Source: Candidatus Woesearchaeota archaeon
Lineage (GTDB): Archaea > Nanobdellota > Nanobdellia > Woesearchaeales > GW2011-AR9
Assembly (NCBI GenBank): GCA_945861715.1
Contig: CAMAVK010000002.1
Span: forward strand, 10,440-74,439
DNA length: 64,000 nt
Direction of reading: 5' to 3'
Shown: in pieces, positions 19,717 to 29,790 of the stretch
How positions within the stretch are numbered: position 1 is the stretch's first letter
How the letters are laid out: each line of letters begins with the position of its first letter
Program-made: the position numbers and the translations under genes
The notes under the pieces: model-generated
Told to the model about the DNA's origin: nothing
Databases searched by the model: none
Seen by the model: only the letters and a program-made list of their open reading frames with translations

Positions 19717-20286
19717 TTAGTAGCCTGCGCCTCCTAAAAGTGCTAAGTGATGGCCCATGGCGGTTAAGATCCAGAGCATGAGAAGGCAGATGCCAAATTT
19801 GAGTGCGATTGTTCCTTTTGTTTCAGGAAGTGGTTTTTTTGTTGCTGGGTCAATTCCTGGGATTGTCCACATCCAATATGCGAGACCACCAATTGGACCT
19901 CCAATTAGTACTAAGGCTATCAAGGTTGACCAGCCTGCACCCATAGCGAGCAATGCTTCTGCGGGCATGAATACAGCGGAAATTGTTGCTACACAAAATG
20001 CGACGATTCCTGCGTGTTTACGTGATAAAAATGAGAGAGAGCCTGGTTTATTTGCAGCTTTATTGGCTCCTACAGCAGGAATTACGGCAAAGAATATTGT
20101 GAATAGCATTATCCAAATCAATAGTCTCACAAATCCTACTACTATCGTTTGGCTTGAGATTCCTAGAAATTGGAGTTGTCCAACATACACTAGATGATTG
20201 AATACATTTTGAAGTGTTGAGCCTAAATCTGCGAGAGCTAGTGGTACTGAAAGTAGTCCTAAACCTATCCACCATCCTCTTTTCAT
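19717..20286 (-). CDS. Multi-TM membrane protein
   Basis: Signal-like N-terminus and about 4 hydrophobic segments. Confidence 0.75.
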   Translation of the reverse strand: MKRGWWIGLGLLSVPLALADLGSTLQNVFNHLVYVGQLQFLGISSQTIVVGFVRLLIWIMLFTIFFAVIPAVGANKAANKPGSLSFLSRKHAGIVAFCVATISAVFMPAEALLAMGAGWSTLIALVLIGGPIGGLAYWMWTIPGIDPATKKPLPETKGTIALKFGICLLMLWILTAMGHHLALLGGAGY

Positions 20287-20415
20287 AGGGCTAGGAAGAA
20301 TTTTGGGCTTTATTAAGCTTTTGGCGAGGTGGGTTTTGTTGCAATGTTTCTTAGGGAGAGTTGATGGTTTTACAGTTTCGAAAATGTTTTAAAGGAATTG
20401 TGACATCATTTGGTA

Positions 20416-20934
20416 ATGCACTCAACTGTTTTATGTGTTGGAAGTCGTTCTTTTGAACGTGAGGCGTTAGGTCTTGATTTGGAGTATCAACTCATTTCAC
20501 AGTCAACGTATAGGGGAGTTGAAGGTTATTTATCTGTTCCTTTGCAACGGGATAGTGTTGATTTGCTTCTTACGCGGTTTGGATTGGATAATTCAAATGG
20601 TAAAGATTTTATTGATCAAACGTCCTCGGGTTTAGCTGTTATTTCTCGCGCTCGTAGTTTGGGTTACACAAAGCCGATTTTGCTTGTTGAACATAGTGTA
20701 AGTGTAGGTTTACTTCGTAAAGTTCGGGAGTTGGGGGGAACTGGATGTATTGAAAATCCATTTCCTGTTCGATATCACGCTGTATGGGATGAACTTGTGC
20801 ATGGAGGGATTTCACCTACCCTAGATACTTATTTTTCTCAATCAGATTTTTTTATTGATCATGAAGCAAATATGATCAAACGACTTGATGCGGAACGGCA
20901 TACGTGGAGAAAGTCTCGAGGATTTACATTGTGA
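20416..20934 (+). CDS. Hypothetical protein, possibly degenerate receiver (CheY-like) fold
   Basis: VDLLLT...SGLAVI..AR...KPILLV...GGTGCIENP pattern; phospho-acceptor Asp not evident. Confidence 0.5.
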   Translation: MHSTVLCVGSRSFEREALGLDLEYQLISQSTYRGVEGYLSVPLQRDSVDLLLTRFGLDNSNGKDFIDQTSSGLAVISRARSLGYTKPILLVEHSVSVGLLRKVRELGGTGCIENPFPVRYHAVWDELVHGGISPTLDTYFSQSDFFIDHEANMIKRLDAERHTWRKSRGFTL

Positions 20935-21270
20935 TCAGAGATGTCAAAAAAACCGCCCACCACTTGTGATCGCCTGCGTGCAAGCAACGTCACTTTGTTC
21001 CGGGGTTGCTTGTTAGCAACCTTCGCTCGGGGCGGTTTTTCGACACAAGAAAGGATAGTTTTCCTTTCTGTGCAGAGAATCTTCGATTTTCTTGCATTGC
21101 TTTTTCCAATCAATGTGGCACTGTTCGCCACACCACAGTCAAACACTGGTGGAAAAAGCAAATTTTAATTTGTTTTTTCACCTATAGTTATATTAAGAAG
21201 AACGTGTTTGTTTGAGATAATTCGATTTTTTTCTTGAGTTGTGTTAGTGCAACAAGATTTTGAGATATAT

Positions 21271-21663
21271 ATGGTTACAAAGCGACAGAAGTTATTGGAC
21301 CTTGAAGAGTGGGCAATTGATATTAACCGTAGGAATGTTCTTGTGCTTGTTGAAGGTCCAATGGATGAACAAGCGCTTCAAACTGTTGGTGTGTCTCGAG
21401 TTATGGGGCTTAATAAGCGGCCATTGTATGAGGTTGTTGAGGAAGTGAGTGCGTTAGAGCTTGATGTTGCAATTCTTACTGATTTGGATACTGAAGGAGA
21501 TAAGTTGTTGATTGCCCTTCGTCGGGATTTGATTGCGTTAGGTGTTCATGTAAATGTGACTCATAGGGAATGGTTGCGAGTTAATACTACTGTTCGTCAA
21601 GTTGAAGATTTGAGAGGATATTTTGAAAAATTGAAAGGAACTGTTTTTGGACCTGAGATTTGA
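21271..21663 (+). CDS. Small Toprim-domain protein
   Basis: VLVEGPMD and ILTDLDTEG Toprim motifs. Confidence 0.88.
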   Translation: MVTKRQKLLDLEEWAIDINRRNVLVLVEGPMDEQALQTVGVSRVMGLNKRPLYEVVEEVSALELDVAILTDLDTEGDKLLIALRRDLIALGVHVNVTHREWLRVNTTVRQVEDLRGYFEKLKGTVFGPEI

Positions 21664-21711
21664 GTGTAGATTTGAAAAGTTTTATATTCTGTTTTGTTTA
21701 TTCTCATTGTG

Positions 21712-23637
21712 ATGATGTTTTTTCGAAGACGCAATAAACTTGTTCAAGAAGATGTTCAAACAGTTATCAAGTGGGTGATTGCAGAAGATGTTTATCTTTC
21801 TAAATTGACGCAGCAATTGAGTCTTTTACTTGAGTCTGTTATCAAACAGGCTACTTCGCTTCGTGGTGTTAAAGGGGCTGTACAAAAGGTGGGAAAGGTT
21901 GAAATTCGTTTAGATGACAATGTAAGTGATTTGTTATTTAAAATAGGTAAATTAGAGTCCCCCGTTTTTCCGGAAGGAAAACGAAAAGCAACTGATAAGT
22001 TGGTTACACGTGTGGAAGTTGAGCGTGCTACTCTTTTGCGGGATTTGAGTCGTTATACCGGTAAACTCTCTCAACTTTACAATCAATTATCTACCCAACT
22101 TGAACAACAAAAGTTCTCTGAGGTAGCGAAAACTGCACATGAGATTATTGAGCTAATAAAGACTGAACGTGAACAATGTCAAGCTCTTATTGCGGATTTG
22201 AGAGGGGTTATTGACGAAATCACTTCAACTAAATCTACGCAACGCGCTGATTTAGATAAGAATTCGAGTGGCCCTGCAAAGATGGCGTATTTGATTACTC
22301 AGATTCGTGAGATTTGTAATAGTAAAGATTTACTGCGTAAAATTAAACTTCAAAATGCTCTTGAAATGTGGGTATCGGTTATCGAAAAATATCTCAGTGA
22401 ACCCAATGAACACGCACAATACTGTATAATGGTTGCTATGGAGTTTATAGGCCAAGGGCGTTTTAAAAAAAATGTTCATGGAACACCCATGGATTTTCCT
22501 TTTTTTATTGAAAATGCTGAGTATGTTTTGAAATGGAAACAGTTTACAAAACTCAGAGTTGATGCTCATAATGAAACGGGAGCACAACATCATGCGAGAG
22601 TTGGAGTGGCTCATTTTGCGGTTATTTTAGAAATGTGTGGGTTATATGAAGCTGCGGCGATGTTGTTTTTGAAATTTATTGAGACTCATGATTTATCTAC
22701 ATTTGATGTGAATGCTGCGATGAAGGGGCTGGAAGATACATTCTCTATTACTCACTTTCTTCATTGGGCGTTTTATAAAGGAAAATGGTATGAATTTACT
22801 GGAGATCAATTACAATCTTCAAAGAAAGTGTTTCGGTGGCATGACGTGGTTCATGAATATGACCTAGCCAAAAATTTTTATCGGCAAGATGATGCAACAT
22901 TAGATTATGATCGTTGCGATAAAAAGAGTTTTACTTTTGTTTTGGAATTTTCATTGCGTGATGCATCTACTCTTATAAAATTAGATGAGAATTATTTTGT
23001 ATTCCGTTTTCTGTGGAATTATAAAGGTAAATATATGGGTCTCAACTCAAAGCAGCAAGTATGGAAAATATTGCTTACAACATGGAAACGTGTGCCCACA
23101 GTTCACCCATTAAATCTAGCGCAACTGTATGACTTAGCCGGAGATTTTGAACATGCTGCTTTGATATATGAAGAAGTGTATACTATTGATGATTCTGCGT
23201 TGGCAGCTCGTAAAATAGTAATAGTGAAAAGGTTACAACAATTTAATTCTCGTTTCTCTTTGGATTTAATTGATGGTTTGCCTCCTACTCAACAGATTAT
23301 CTTTATTCTAAATGCGGTTTCTAAGAACAAGAATGTTCTTTTACCGGAAGATTCAGTTCAGAAAAAATTAGAAGCTGAGGGTGATTATGTTAAAATTACC
23401 AAAAAGCTTGTCTCGATGGTTCAAACTATGGATGATAGTTGCTTTATTCTTTCAACTTATATGGAGCGAGATATCCCTTTTGAGTCTGTATGGAGAATAT
23501 TGGCTGTTGGGTTTGAGAGAAAAAAGCTTTATGCATCGGCGGGACATTGTTTTGTTCATCTTCAGGATTGGAAACGAGCAGCGCGAAATTTTGAACGTGT
23601 TGATCCTGAATATGCTAAATTGTTGCTCTCCGGTTAA
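21712..23637 (+). CDS. Hypothetical protein with N-terminal coiled coil and C-terminal TPR-like helices
   Basis: Heptad-rich N-terminus; LAQLYDLAGDFEHAALIYE and AGHCFVHLQDWKRAARNFE. Confidence 0.7.
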   Translation: MMFFRRRNKLVQEDVQTVIKWVIAEDVYLSKLTQQLSLLLESVIKQATSLRGVKGAVQKVGKVEIRLDDNVSDLLFKIGKLESPVFPEGKRKATDKLVTRVEVERATLLRDLSRYTGKLSQLYNQLSTQLEQQKFSEVAKTAHEIIELIKTEREQCQALIADLRGVIDEITSTKSTQRADLDKNSSGPAKMAYLITQIREICNSKDLLRKIKLQNALEMWVSVIEKYLSEPNEHAQYCIMVAMEFIGQGRFKKNVHGTPMDFPFFIENAEYVLKWKQFTKLRVDAHNETGAQHHARVGVAHFAVILEMCGLYEAAAMLFLKFIETHDLSTFDVNAAMKGLEDTFSITHFLHWAFYKGKWYEFTGDQLQSSKKVFRWHDVVHEYDLAKNFYRQDDATLDYDRCDKKSFTFVLEFSLRDASTLIKLDENYFVFRFLWNYKGKYMGLNSKQQVWKILLTTWKRVPTVHPLNLAQLYDLAGDFEHAALIYEEVYTIDDSALAARKIVIVKRLQQFNSRFSLDLIDGLPPTQQIIFILNAVSKNKNVLLPEDSVQKKLEAEGDYVKITKKLVSMVQTMDDSCFILSTYMERDIPFESVWRILAVGFERKKLYASAGHCFVHLQDWKRAARNFERVDPEYAKLLLSG

Positions 23638-24239
23638 TTTGTTGGTTGTGTGTTTTCTTTTTTTGTATATACTTCTGTTAATACATTGTTGAGATATATC
23701 ATGGCCCATGTTCTGAGTAGGAGTGCTTGAGGGAAGTGATCAATGTTGTGCTGTCTGTGGGTGTAAATTTGATGTTGTTCTCCAGGGACTTTGTATTCTG
23801 CGAGCTTTGCTTCAGTGAGATTGAGATATCTGGGGTAGGGGAATGCGTGGAATTCGTCGGTGTTATTGAAATATAAGCTGCCAAAGTTTCGTCCAATGGA
23901 TATGTATCCAGAAAATCCTCGATCGTCCTGTTGGGTGTTGTTTTCAAATGATCCGTAACGTTCGGTTTGGAATTTTTTTTTGATGAATCTTTCTGGTTTG
24001 AGGAAGGCTTGGGTTATCCACTCCTTTTCTTCTCTTTTTTCTGGTGTTGGTTCAAGTGATTTGGTGTATGCTCTGAGTTCTTTTTTCCATGCGTTTACTG
24101 CGAGATGGAAAAAGTGTTCGGCATTTGGTGTTTCAAGTTCGTGTTGGTGTTGTATTATTGATGGGTGGATAGGTACTTGAAAGCAAGAGTCCCTTATTAC
24201 TAATTCACTTGGTGTGAGGAGGAGGTTGTGGAGTTTCAT
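23634..24239 (-). CDS. Hypothetical protein
   Basis: 201-aa ORF directly downstream of mutL. Confidence 0.65.
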   Translation of the reverse strand: MKLHNLLLTPSELVIRDSCFQVPIHPSIIQHQHELETPNAEHFFHLAVNAWKKELRAYTKSLEPTPEKREEKEWITQAFLKPERFIKKKFQTERYGSFENNTQQDDRGFSGYISIGRNFGSLYFNNTDEFHAFPYPRYLNLTEAKLAEYKVPGEQHQIYTHRQHNIDHFPQALLLRTWAMIYLNNVLTEVYTKKENTQPTN

Positions 24240-24258
24240 TTTTTGTCTTTGAGTTATT

Positions 24259-26127
24259 TTATCCTTTTCGTTTGAATTTTTTCTCCAATTCGTCTGCTCC
24301 GATTTTAATTATGGATGGTCTCCCATGTGGGCAGGTGAATGGGAAGTCACATTGTCTTAGTTCTGTAAGTATTTTTTCAAATTGTGGTTGAGTTACATTG
24401 TCACCCGCTTTAATCGCAGCACGGCACGCCATTCTGGTGATTATTTCTTCTTCGGTTTGCGATATTTTGTTTTGCCCTGCTTGGCTTAGTGATTCGAGAA
24501 GTTCCTGAATGAGTTCTTTTGGCTGTGCGCGCTCGAATACGAATGGGATTGAGCGGATGGTGTAGGTTGTTGGACCAATTTGGTCGAGGTCGAATCCCAT
24601 CTGCGAGAGATGATTTTTTTGTTCTTGTAAGATACTGTTTTGAGCTGGTGACACTGATATGTTTGCTGGGATTATGAGAATTTGAGTTTTGATGTTTTTG
24701 TGTTGTTTTTCGCTCATGAATTTATCATACATAACTCGTTCATGTACAGCGTGTTGGTCCAGAATGAACATCCCACCTTGTGTTTCGGCGATCCAGAATG
24801 TTTTGTGTATTTGCCCGAGAATTTTGAATAGGGGGAGAGTGTTTTTTTCAGGTATTACCAACGGGGTGGTTGATGGAGTGATAGTTGAAGTAGGATTAAT
24901 GTTCGTTTCTATGCCGTTGTTGATTTGTTCAAGAGGAGTGATATTGTTTGAGGAGTAGATTGCAATGGATTCCGCATTTGATATGGTACGAGGAGGTGTG
25001 GTGCTGTAGATTTCAATGTGATCCTGTGAATTAAGTTCAGTTGGTAATATTTGTTGTGTTGTTGTTTCAAATTGATACTTTGTCTTTAGTGTTTTTGTAG
25101 TAGGTGAGTGGGCTTGAATTTGAACTTCAGGGATATTGTCGTTCTGCTCTAGTGCATTTGAAATAGTTTGCGTGAGTAAGGTGAGGAGTTCTTGTTGGTT
25201 TTCGATTTTGACTTCGGTTTTTTGTGGATGAACGTTGACATCAATTGTTAAAGGGTCCGCTTCGATTATGCAGGTGAAGATCGGATGTTTTCCTACAAAT
25301 AGTCTGGCATGGTAGCCTTCGTAGATTGCTTTGGTTATTTCTTGGTTTTTGATGATACGATTATTTAGAAATATTGTTTGCATATCCTTTCCATTACGGC
25401 AATAGTATGGTGTTGATATAAACCCTTTAATTTTCCAAGTTTTTGTTTCACTTATTATTTCTATTACATTATCGGAAACTTCACTGTTGTACACTTGAGC
25501 GATACGTGATTTGAGGTTTTCTGTTTGCGGGGCATTAATTGTTTCATGGTTGTCATGTTCTAATTTGATTGAAATTTCTGGATGGAGTAGGGAGTAGTTC
25601 GTTACGGTGTCAATGATGTGACTCATTTCAACTGCGTTTGTTTTGAGGAATTTTTTTCGTGCGGGTGTGTTAAAGAATAGGTTGTGGACTTCAATGGTTG
25701 TTCCGATGTTATGGGGGGCCGTTGTTTCTTTAATAATTAATCCGCCTCTTGCTTCTAACTTGATTGCTTTTGGTTCATCATTGTTTTTTGTGATGAGGAT
25801 GAGCTCGGATACGGCTGCGATACTGGCTAGTGCTTCTCCTCGAAAACCTAAAGTATGAAGTTGGTAGAGGTCGGTAAATTGTGCGATTTTACTGGTTGCG
25901 TGTCTGAGAAGTGATGTACGAGCATCTTCATGGGACATGCCCGTTCCGTTGTCGGTTATTTTTATGAGGTCTTTTCCAGTGTTTTTGATTACAATATGAA
26001 TGGAGGTTGCTTTTGCATCAATGGCATTTTCGAGAAGTTCCTTTACAATTGATGCTGGACGGTCTACTACTTCACCCGCGGCGATTTTATTGATTAGTTC
26101 TTCTGGTAGAAGATGAATTTTTCCCAT
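24259..26127 (-). CDS. mutL: DNA mismatch repair endonuclease MutL
   Basis: KIAAGEVV.RPASIVKELLENAIDA, GFRGEALASI, DVNVHPQK, DQHAVHER, ACRAAIK, CPHGRP. Confidence 0.97.
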   Translation of the reverse strand: MGKIHLLPEELINKIAAGEVVDRPASIVKELLENAIDAKATSIHIVIKNTGKDLIKITDNGTGMSHEDARTSLLRHATSKIAQFTDLYQLHTLGFRGEALASIAAVSELILITKNNDEPKAIKLEARGGLIIKETTAPHNIGTTIEVHNLFFNTPARKKFLKTNAVEMSHIIDTVTNYSLLHPEISIKLEHDNHETINAPQTENLKSRIAQVYNSEVSDNVIEIISETKTWKIKGFISTPYYCRNGKDMQTIFLNNRIIKNQEITKAIYEGYHARLFVGKHPIFTCIIEADPLTIDVNVHPQKTEVKIENQQELLTLLTQTISNALEQNDNIPEVQIQAHSPTTKTLKTKYQFETTTQQILPTELNSQDHIEIYSTTPPRTISNAESIAIYSSNNITPLEQINNGIETNINPTSTITPSTTPLVIPEKNTLPLFKILGQIHKTFWIAETQGGMFILDQHAVHERVMYDKFMSEKQHKNIKTQILIIPANISVSPAQNSILQEQKNHLSQMGFDLDQIGPTTYTIRSIPFVFERAQPKELIQELLESLSQAGQNKISQTEEEIITRMACRAAIKAGDNVTQPQFEKILTELRQCDFPFTCPHGRPSIIKIGADELEKKFKRKG

Positions 26128-26249
26128 GCAAGGAGATTTGGTAGGGGGAGTTTTTATGGATTATGGTTGGGAAGGGGTGGTGTTTTTAGATTGTGTTGCT
26201 TGATGTTATTGGTTGCTTGTTGGTTTTTGCTGTCGTTGGATAGATAAGT

Positions 26250-26885
26250 TTATGGTATCTGTTTTGGAAAAATTATTCCTGCCCCATCGGTAAAATATTG
26301 TCCATTATACAGCAAGGGACAATTTGACCATAATGATTCATGAGTTTCTGAGGGGGTGATGGTTTTTAATTGTTGTCCATATGTTCTTTCAGCGCTCTCA
26401 ATTGCGTATACATAATCTGCAAGACTGGTATTTTGATCAAGTCTTTTTTCTGTGGTGATACAATCTTCATCACTTATGGGGAATTGGGGTATATTTAGCT
26501 CCTGTATTCTTTGATTCCAACGTTTGTTAAGCCCGGCCGGACCCGAGTGCAGCATTTGTATGTATCCTTGATAATCAATAGTATTTGGGGTTACAAATCC
26601 ATAGATTAGCATTTCGTCATATATGGTTCCATCTTGTGTGGGTAACTTGGTTTCTGGTGGGAGATACTTTAGTAGTAGACTGGCCTTTCCACGTGCTCCT
26701 CGATGAAAATTGCCATTTAATAGCCGAGATAAATAATCTGCTGCTCGGGTAGAGTATCGCGAGTCTTGTTTTGCCTCAACTTGATTTTCAAATTCGGTAA
26801 TGAGTTGTGTTGTATATAATTTTAAGAGAGATTGTAGAGGTTCATCAATTTGTGTGAAATTTTTAGGTACTAGTTTGATTATCAT
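26250..26885 (-). CDS. Hypothetical protein
   Basis: 211-aa ORF co-oriented with neighbours. Confidence 0.65.
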   Translation of the reverse strand: MIIKLVPKNFTQIDEPLQSLLKLYTTQLITEFENQVEAKQDSRYSTRAADYLSRLLNGNFHRGARGKASLLLKYLPPETKLPTQDGTIYDEMLIYGFVTPNTIDYQGYIQMLHSGPAGLNKRWNQRIQELNIPQFPISDEDCITTEKRLDQNTSLADYVYAIESAERTYGQQLKTITPSETHESLWSNCPLLYNGQYFTDGAGIIFPKQIP

Positions 26886-26902
26886 TGTTGATTATTGAAG
26901 TT

Positions 26903-27883
26903 TTATTGAAATCGATTCTTTGTGCCCTCTTTTAGGGCTTGGATTGCTTCTGCGCGTGATAATCGTGCTATACCCCATCCTCCATTTTTTCTAAATTGAT
27001 TTATTAGGTGTGCTGCTAGGATTTGTTCTTCTCCCCAACGGGGAAATTTTGGAATTGTCCCGTTTGTTATTGAATTATATCGAGTTTGGTTTATTTCAAT
27101 TCCTGCATCTGATAATTTGTACACGCTGTGAGCACTATTATCTCCAGGTTCTTCTGTTATTCTTGGCGCTGCTACGAGACCGTACATAATTCCAAGTTCA
27201 CCGGGGTGTGTTTTCATTGTAAGGTATCCTTTTTGATTTGGATTAAACCCACTCCTTATTTTTTTCGCCAATGCAAGATCTTCAGTATTCACTACTTCAA
27301 TACTGTTGTCTGGGTTTTTAGAGGAACATACTACAGCATTGAGCATATGATCTACAAGACCAGGTGCTCTGATGATTTCTATTCCTTTAAAACTATTTAT
27401 AATAGGGGTGTAATCGTTGTCCGTTACTTCGATAACTCGTGCAACGAGGATGTCTGTATGTGAGAATTGTGTTGTGTAACCACCTCCTTGAATGGAGGGT
27501 TCTAAATTTATGTGAACGAATCCTTGCTTATAATCAGATTCAATGATAAGTGGATTGTAGGTTTGTGCGTTACCTCCAAAATTTGCTCTGTAGGGTAAAT
27601 GTAAGATGAGTGATGTAGGAGTTGTTTTATAATCTGGATTTACTTGGGCAATTAGATCCCTTACATATCCAATTGGTTCATTGTTATTGAGTGGTGCTAA
27701 TACTACTTCTAGTGCATTTTCTTTTGTATCAGGGTTTAGAAGTACTTCTTCGAAAGTTTTTTCTGGTGAGTACGATTTAATAGGGGCAATCATTCGTTGT
27801 GTATGGGCCATGCCAAGGCGGAATGCTAAATCTCGGTTTACTTGTTCGGTTAATGTTTGAGAAAACCTTGTAATGGATGTCAT
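26903..27883 (-). CDS. Hypothetical protein
   Basis: 326-aa ORF; TTTATAAA upstream. Confidence 0.7.
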   Translation of the reverse strand: MTSITRFSQTLTEQVNRDLAFRLGMAHTQRMIAPIKSYSPEKTFEEVLLNPDTKENALEVVLAPLNNNEPIGYVRDLIAQVNPDYKTTPTSLILHLPYRANFGGNAQTYNPLIIESDYKQGFVHINLEPSIQGGGYTTQFSHTDILVARVIEVTDNDYTPIINSFKGIEIIRAPGLVDHMLNAVVCSSKNPDNSIEVVNTEDLALAKKIRSGFNPNQKGYLTMKTHPGELGIMYGLVAAPRITEEPGDNSAHSVYKLSDAGIEINQTRYNSITNGTIPKFPRWGEEQILAAHLINQFRKNGGWGIARLSRAEAIQALKEGTKNRFQ

Positions 27884-27977
27884 ATCCTATTTATTGAAAG
27901 GGGATTTATAAACCTTTTGTCACTGTTTAGTACTCCATTAATTTGTTGATATTAGGTTCATTTGATTGAAAATAATG

Positions 27978-29684
27978 TCAGAATAATGTCCTTTGTGATG
28001 TTGTGTTGCTTTTTGGGGTTGTATTTTCTTTTGCTTTCTTTTTGGAGCTCGTTTGGTTGTTTGAATTTGTGGGGGTTATTTTTTCACCGAGTTGGCCTTT
28101 GATATCGATTGCCACGGCTTCGCCTAAAATTTGTTTTAGAGATTCGTATGGCATTGTTTTTATGATGTTTAGGTTGGTTATTTTATGATTGAATAGTTTT
28201 CGTGCTCGTACTCGTCCGATGTTTTTTAGTTTGAGAAGTTCAAGTATTTCTTCTTTGACTCCATAATCAATTCTGGTGTGGAGTTTCATGAGTTCTCGTG
28301 CAATATGGGATCGTTTTTCGATGTTTGCAAGTTCCGCAGCTGAGGATATAAGCCAAAGGGCTGTGTCTTTTTTTGCATAGATTTCGCCTGGTTTGATGTC
28401 GTATTTTTCTAAAAGGAAATCTTCATCTTTTTCATCTATCCAATCTTGAAAGAACATGGTGGTTTTAATGGAGGACATAAATTCTCCATATTCTGGGTCG
28501 TAGACGTTTGGTTCTGTTTCAAGGATTTGACCGTATCTTTTGTTTAGTTCTTCTTGAATAAGATCATGGTCTTTTACTTTCATGGTAAGGAGGGGACGGA
28601 TTTCTAATGTATGACAAGCCATTTGGAGAAGTGAGAATGAGGTCATGGTTTGTGTCGCGTTATTATCTCTTAGTTGTTCATTGTTTGTTCCATCGTATTT
28701 TTTCATGCAATCAAGGAAATGTCTTGCGGTGAGTGGATCGAGATAGAGTTGAGATACTCTCTTTCCAATAAGTGTTGCCCGTAGGAGTTTAGTTTGATTC
28801 GTTGGTTTGCGTTCTTCTGTTTTGTTTTTCTTTGAAGTGATGAGATCGAGAGCTGAGGTAAATATGGCCGCTTTGATTTTTGAAGTTTCTTTCGTATTTT
28901 TTTCTGTTGAGGTGTACTCTTCGGTTGGAGATTGTCCAATGATAATGAATCCCCACTCTTGGAGCAGGTTGCTCATCTTGTTTAGAATTTGAATTAATCT
29001 TGGGAGGTCTTTGTATTGGTGGGCCCAGAATGTTTTTTTGAAAAATTCTTGCATGCTGTCTTCGTCTTTGATGACACCTGAAGAGATGAGAGCGAGAAGG
29101 TATGTTCTAAGTACTGGTTCGACAGCGAGTTTGGAGTAAAGATCTTCTGGGACTCCGCAGATGTAGCGTTCATAGATTTCATCTTTTTCTTTGTGATCTT
29201 TAGCTATGGTGATTGCTTGTCCTACTTTTTCATATTCTGGACGTCCAGCACGTCCTGCCATTTGCATGTATTCTAATACCGGAATCCAATCCATGCCCCA
29301 ACCACCACTGTAGCGTTTGAGGGATTTAATGATGACACGGTACGCAGGCATGGAGAGACCGGCAGCTAAAGTAGGGGTAGCACAAATAACTTTTATTTTA
29401 CCGGTTCGAAAATTTGTTTCGATGATATCACGTTGTTTTGGTAGAAGTCCTGCATGATGAAAGGCGATGCCTTTTTTTAGGCAGTGGGAGAGTCTACGAC
29501 ATTGTTTAGTTGGATGTGTTGCAGCATCAAGAACATCATGCTCAAGGTCAGTTTGGTTGATTTGAGTGTGTTTTGCGATGTCTTCAGCGGTTTTTTCAGC
29601 GGATGCTCTACTGGGGGCAAATATGATTGCTTGCTTTCCCATTTCAATGGTTTGAAGAGCAAGAGTTAGAGTATCATCAAGCAT
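27978..29684 (-). CDS. Ski2/Hel308-like helicase homolog lacking the N-terminal RecA1 domain
   Basis: Motif IV IIFAPSR, GIAFHHAGL, motif V ATPTLAAGLSMPA, motif VI QMAGRAGRP, winged helix, ratchet and HhH (LKNIGRVRARKL); no Walker A or DExH. Confidence 0.88.
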   Translation of the reverse strand: MLDDTLTLALQTIEMGKQAIIFAPSRASAEKTAEDIAKHTQINQTDLEHDVLDAATHPTKQCRRLSHCLKKGIAFHHAGLLPKQRDIIETNFRTGKIKVICATPTLAAGLSMPAYRVIIKSLKRYSGGWGMDWIPVLEYMQMAGRAGRPEYEKVGQAITIAKDHKEKDEIYERYICGVPEDLYSKLAVEPVLRTYLLALISSGVIKDEDSMQEFFKKTFWAHQYKDLPRLIQILNKMSNLLQEWGFIIIGQSPTEEYTSTEKNTKETSKIKAAIFTSALDLITSKKNKTEERKPTNQTKLLRATLIGKRVSQLYLDPLTARHFLDCMKKYDGTNNEQLRDNNATQTMTSFSLLQMACHTLEIRPLLTMKVKDHDLIQEELNKRYGQILETEPNVYDPEYGEFMSSIKTTMFFQDWIDEKDEDFLLEKYDIKPGEIYAKKDTALWLISSAAELANIEKRSHIARELMKLHTRIDYGVKEEILELLKLKNIGRVRARKLFNHKITNLNIIKTMPYESLKQILGEAVAIDIKGQLGEKITPTNSNNQTSSKKKAKENTTPKSNTTSQRTLF

Positions 29685-29790
29685 GTGAGAAATTTGTTTT
29701 ATTGAGTATAAAAATGTTCGTGGTAAAATTATTCCAGCAAATAAAAAATATAAAAAAGGAATATTTTCCCCGCAATAATGGTTGTTACCT

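Noticed and set aside
20859..21215. Short overlapping ORFs on both strands
   Set aside because: No recognisable motifs or clear start signals, and they conflict with each other; the region is left unannotated
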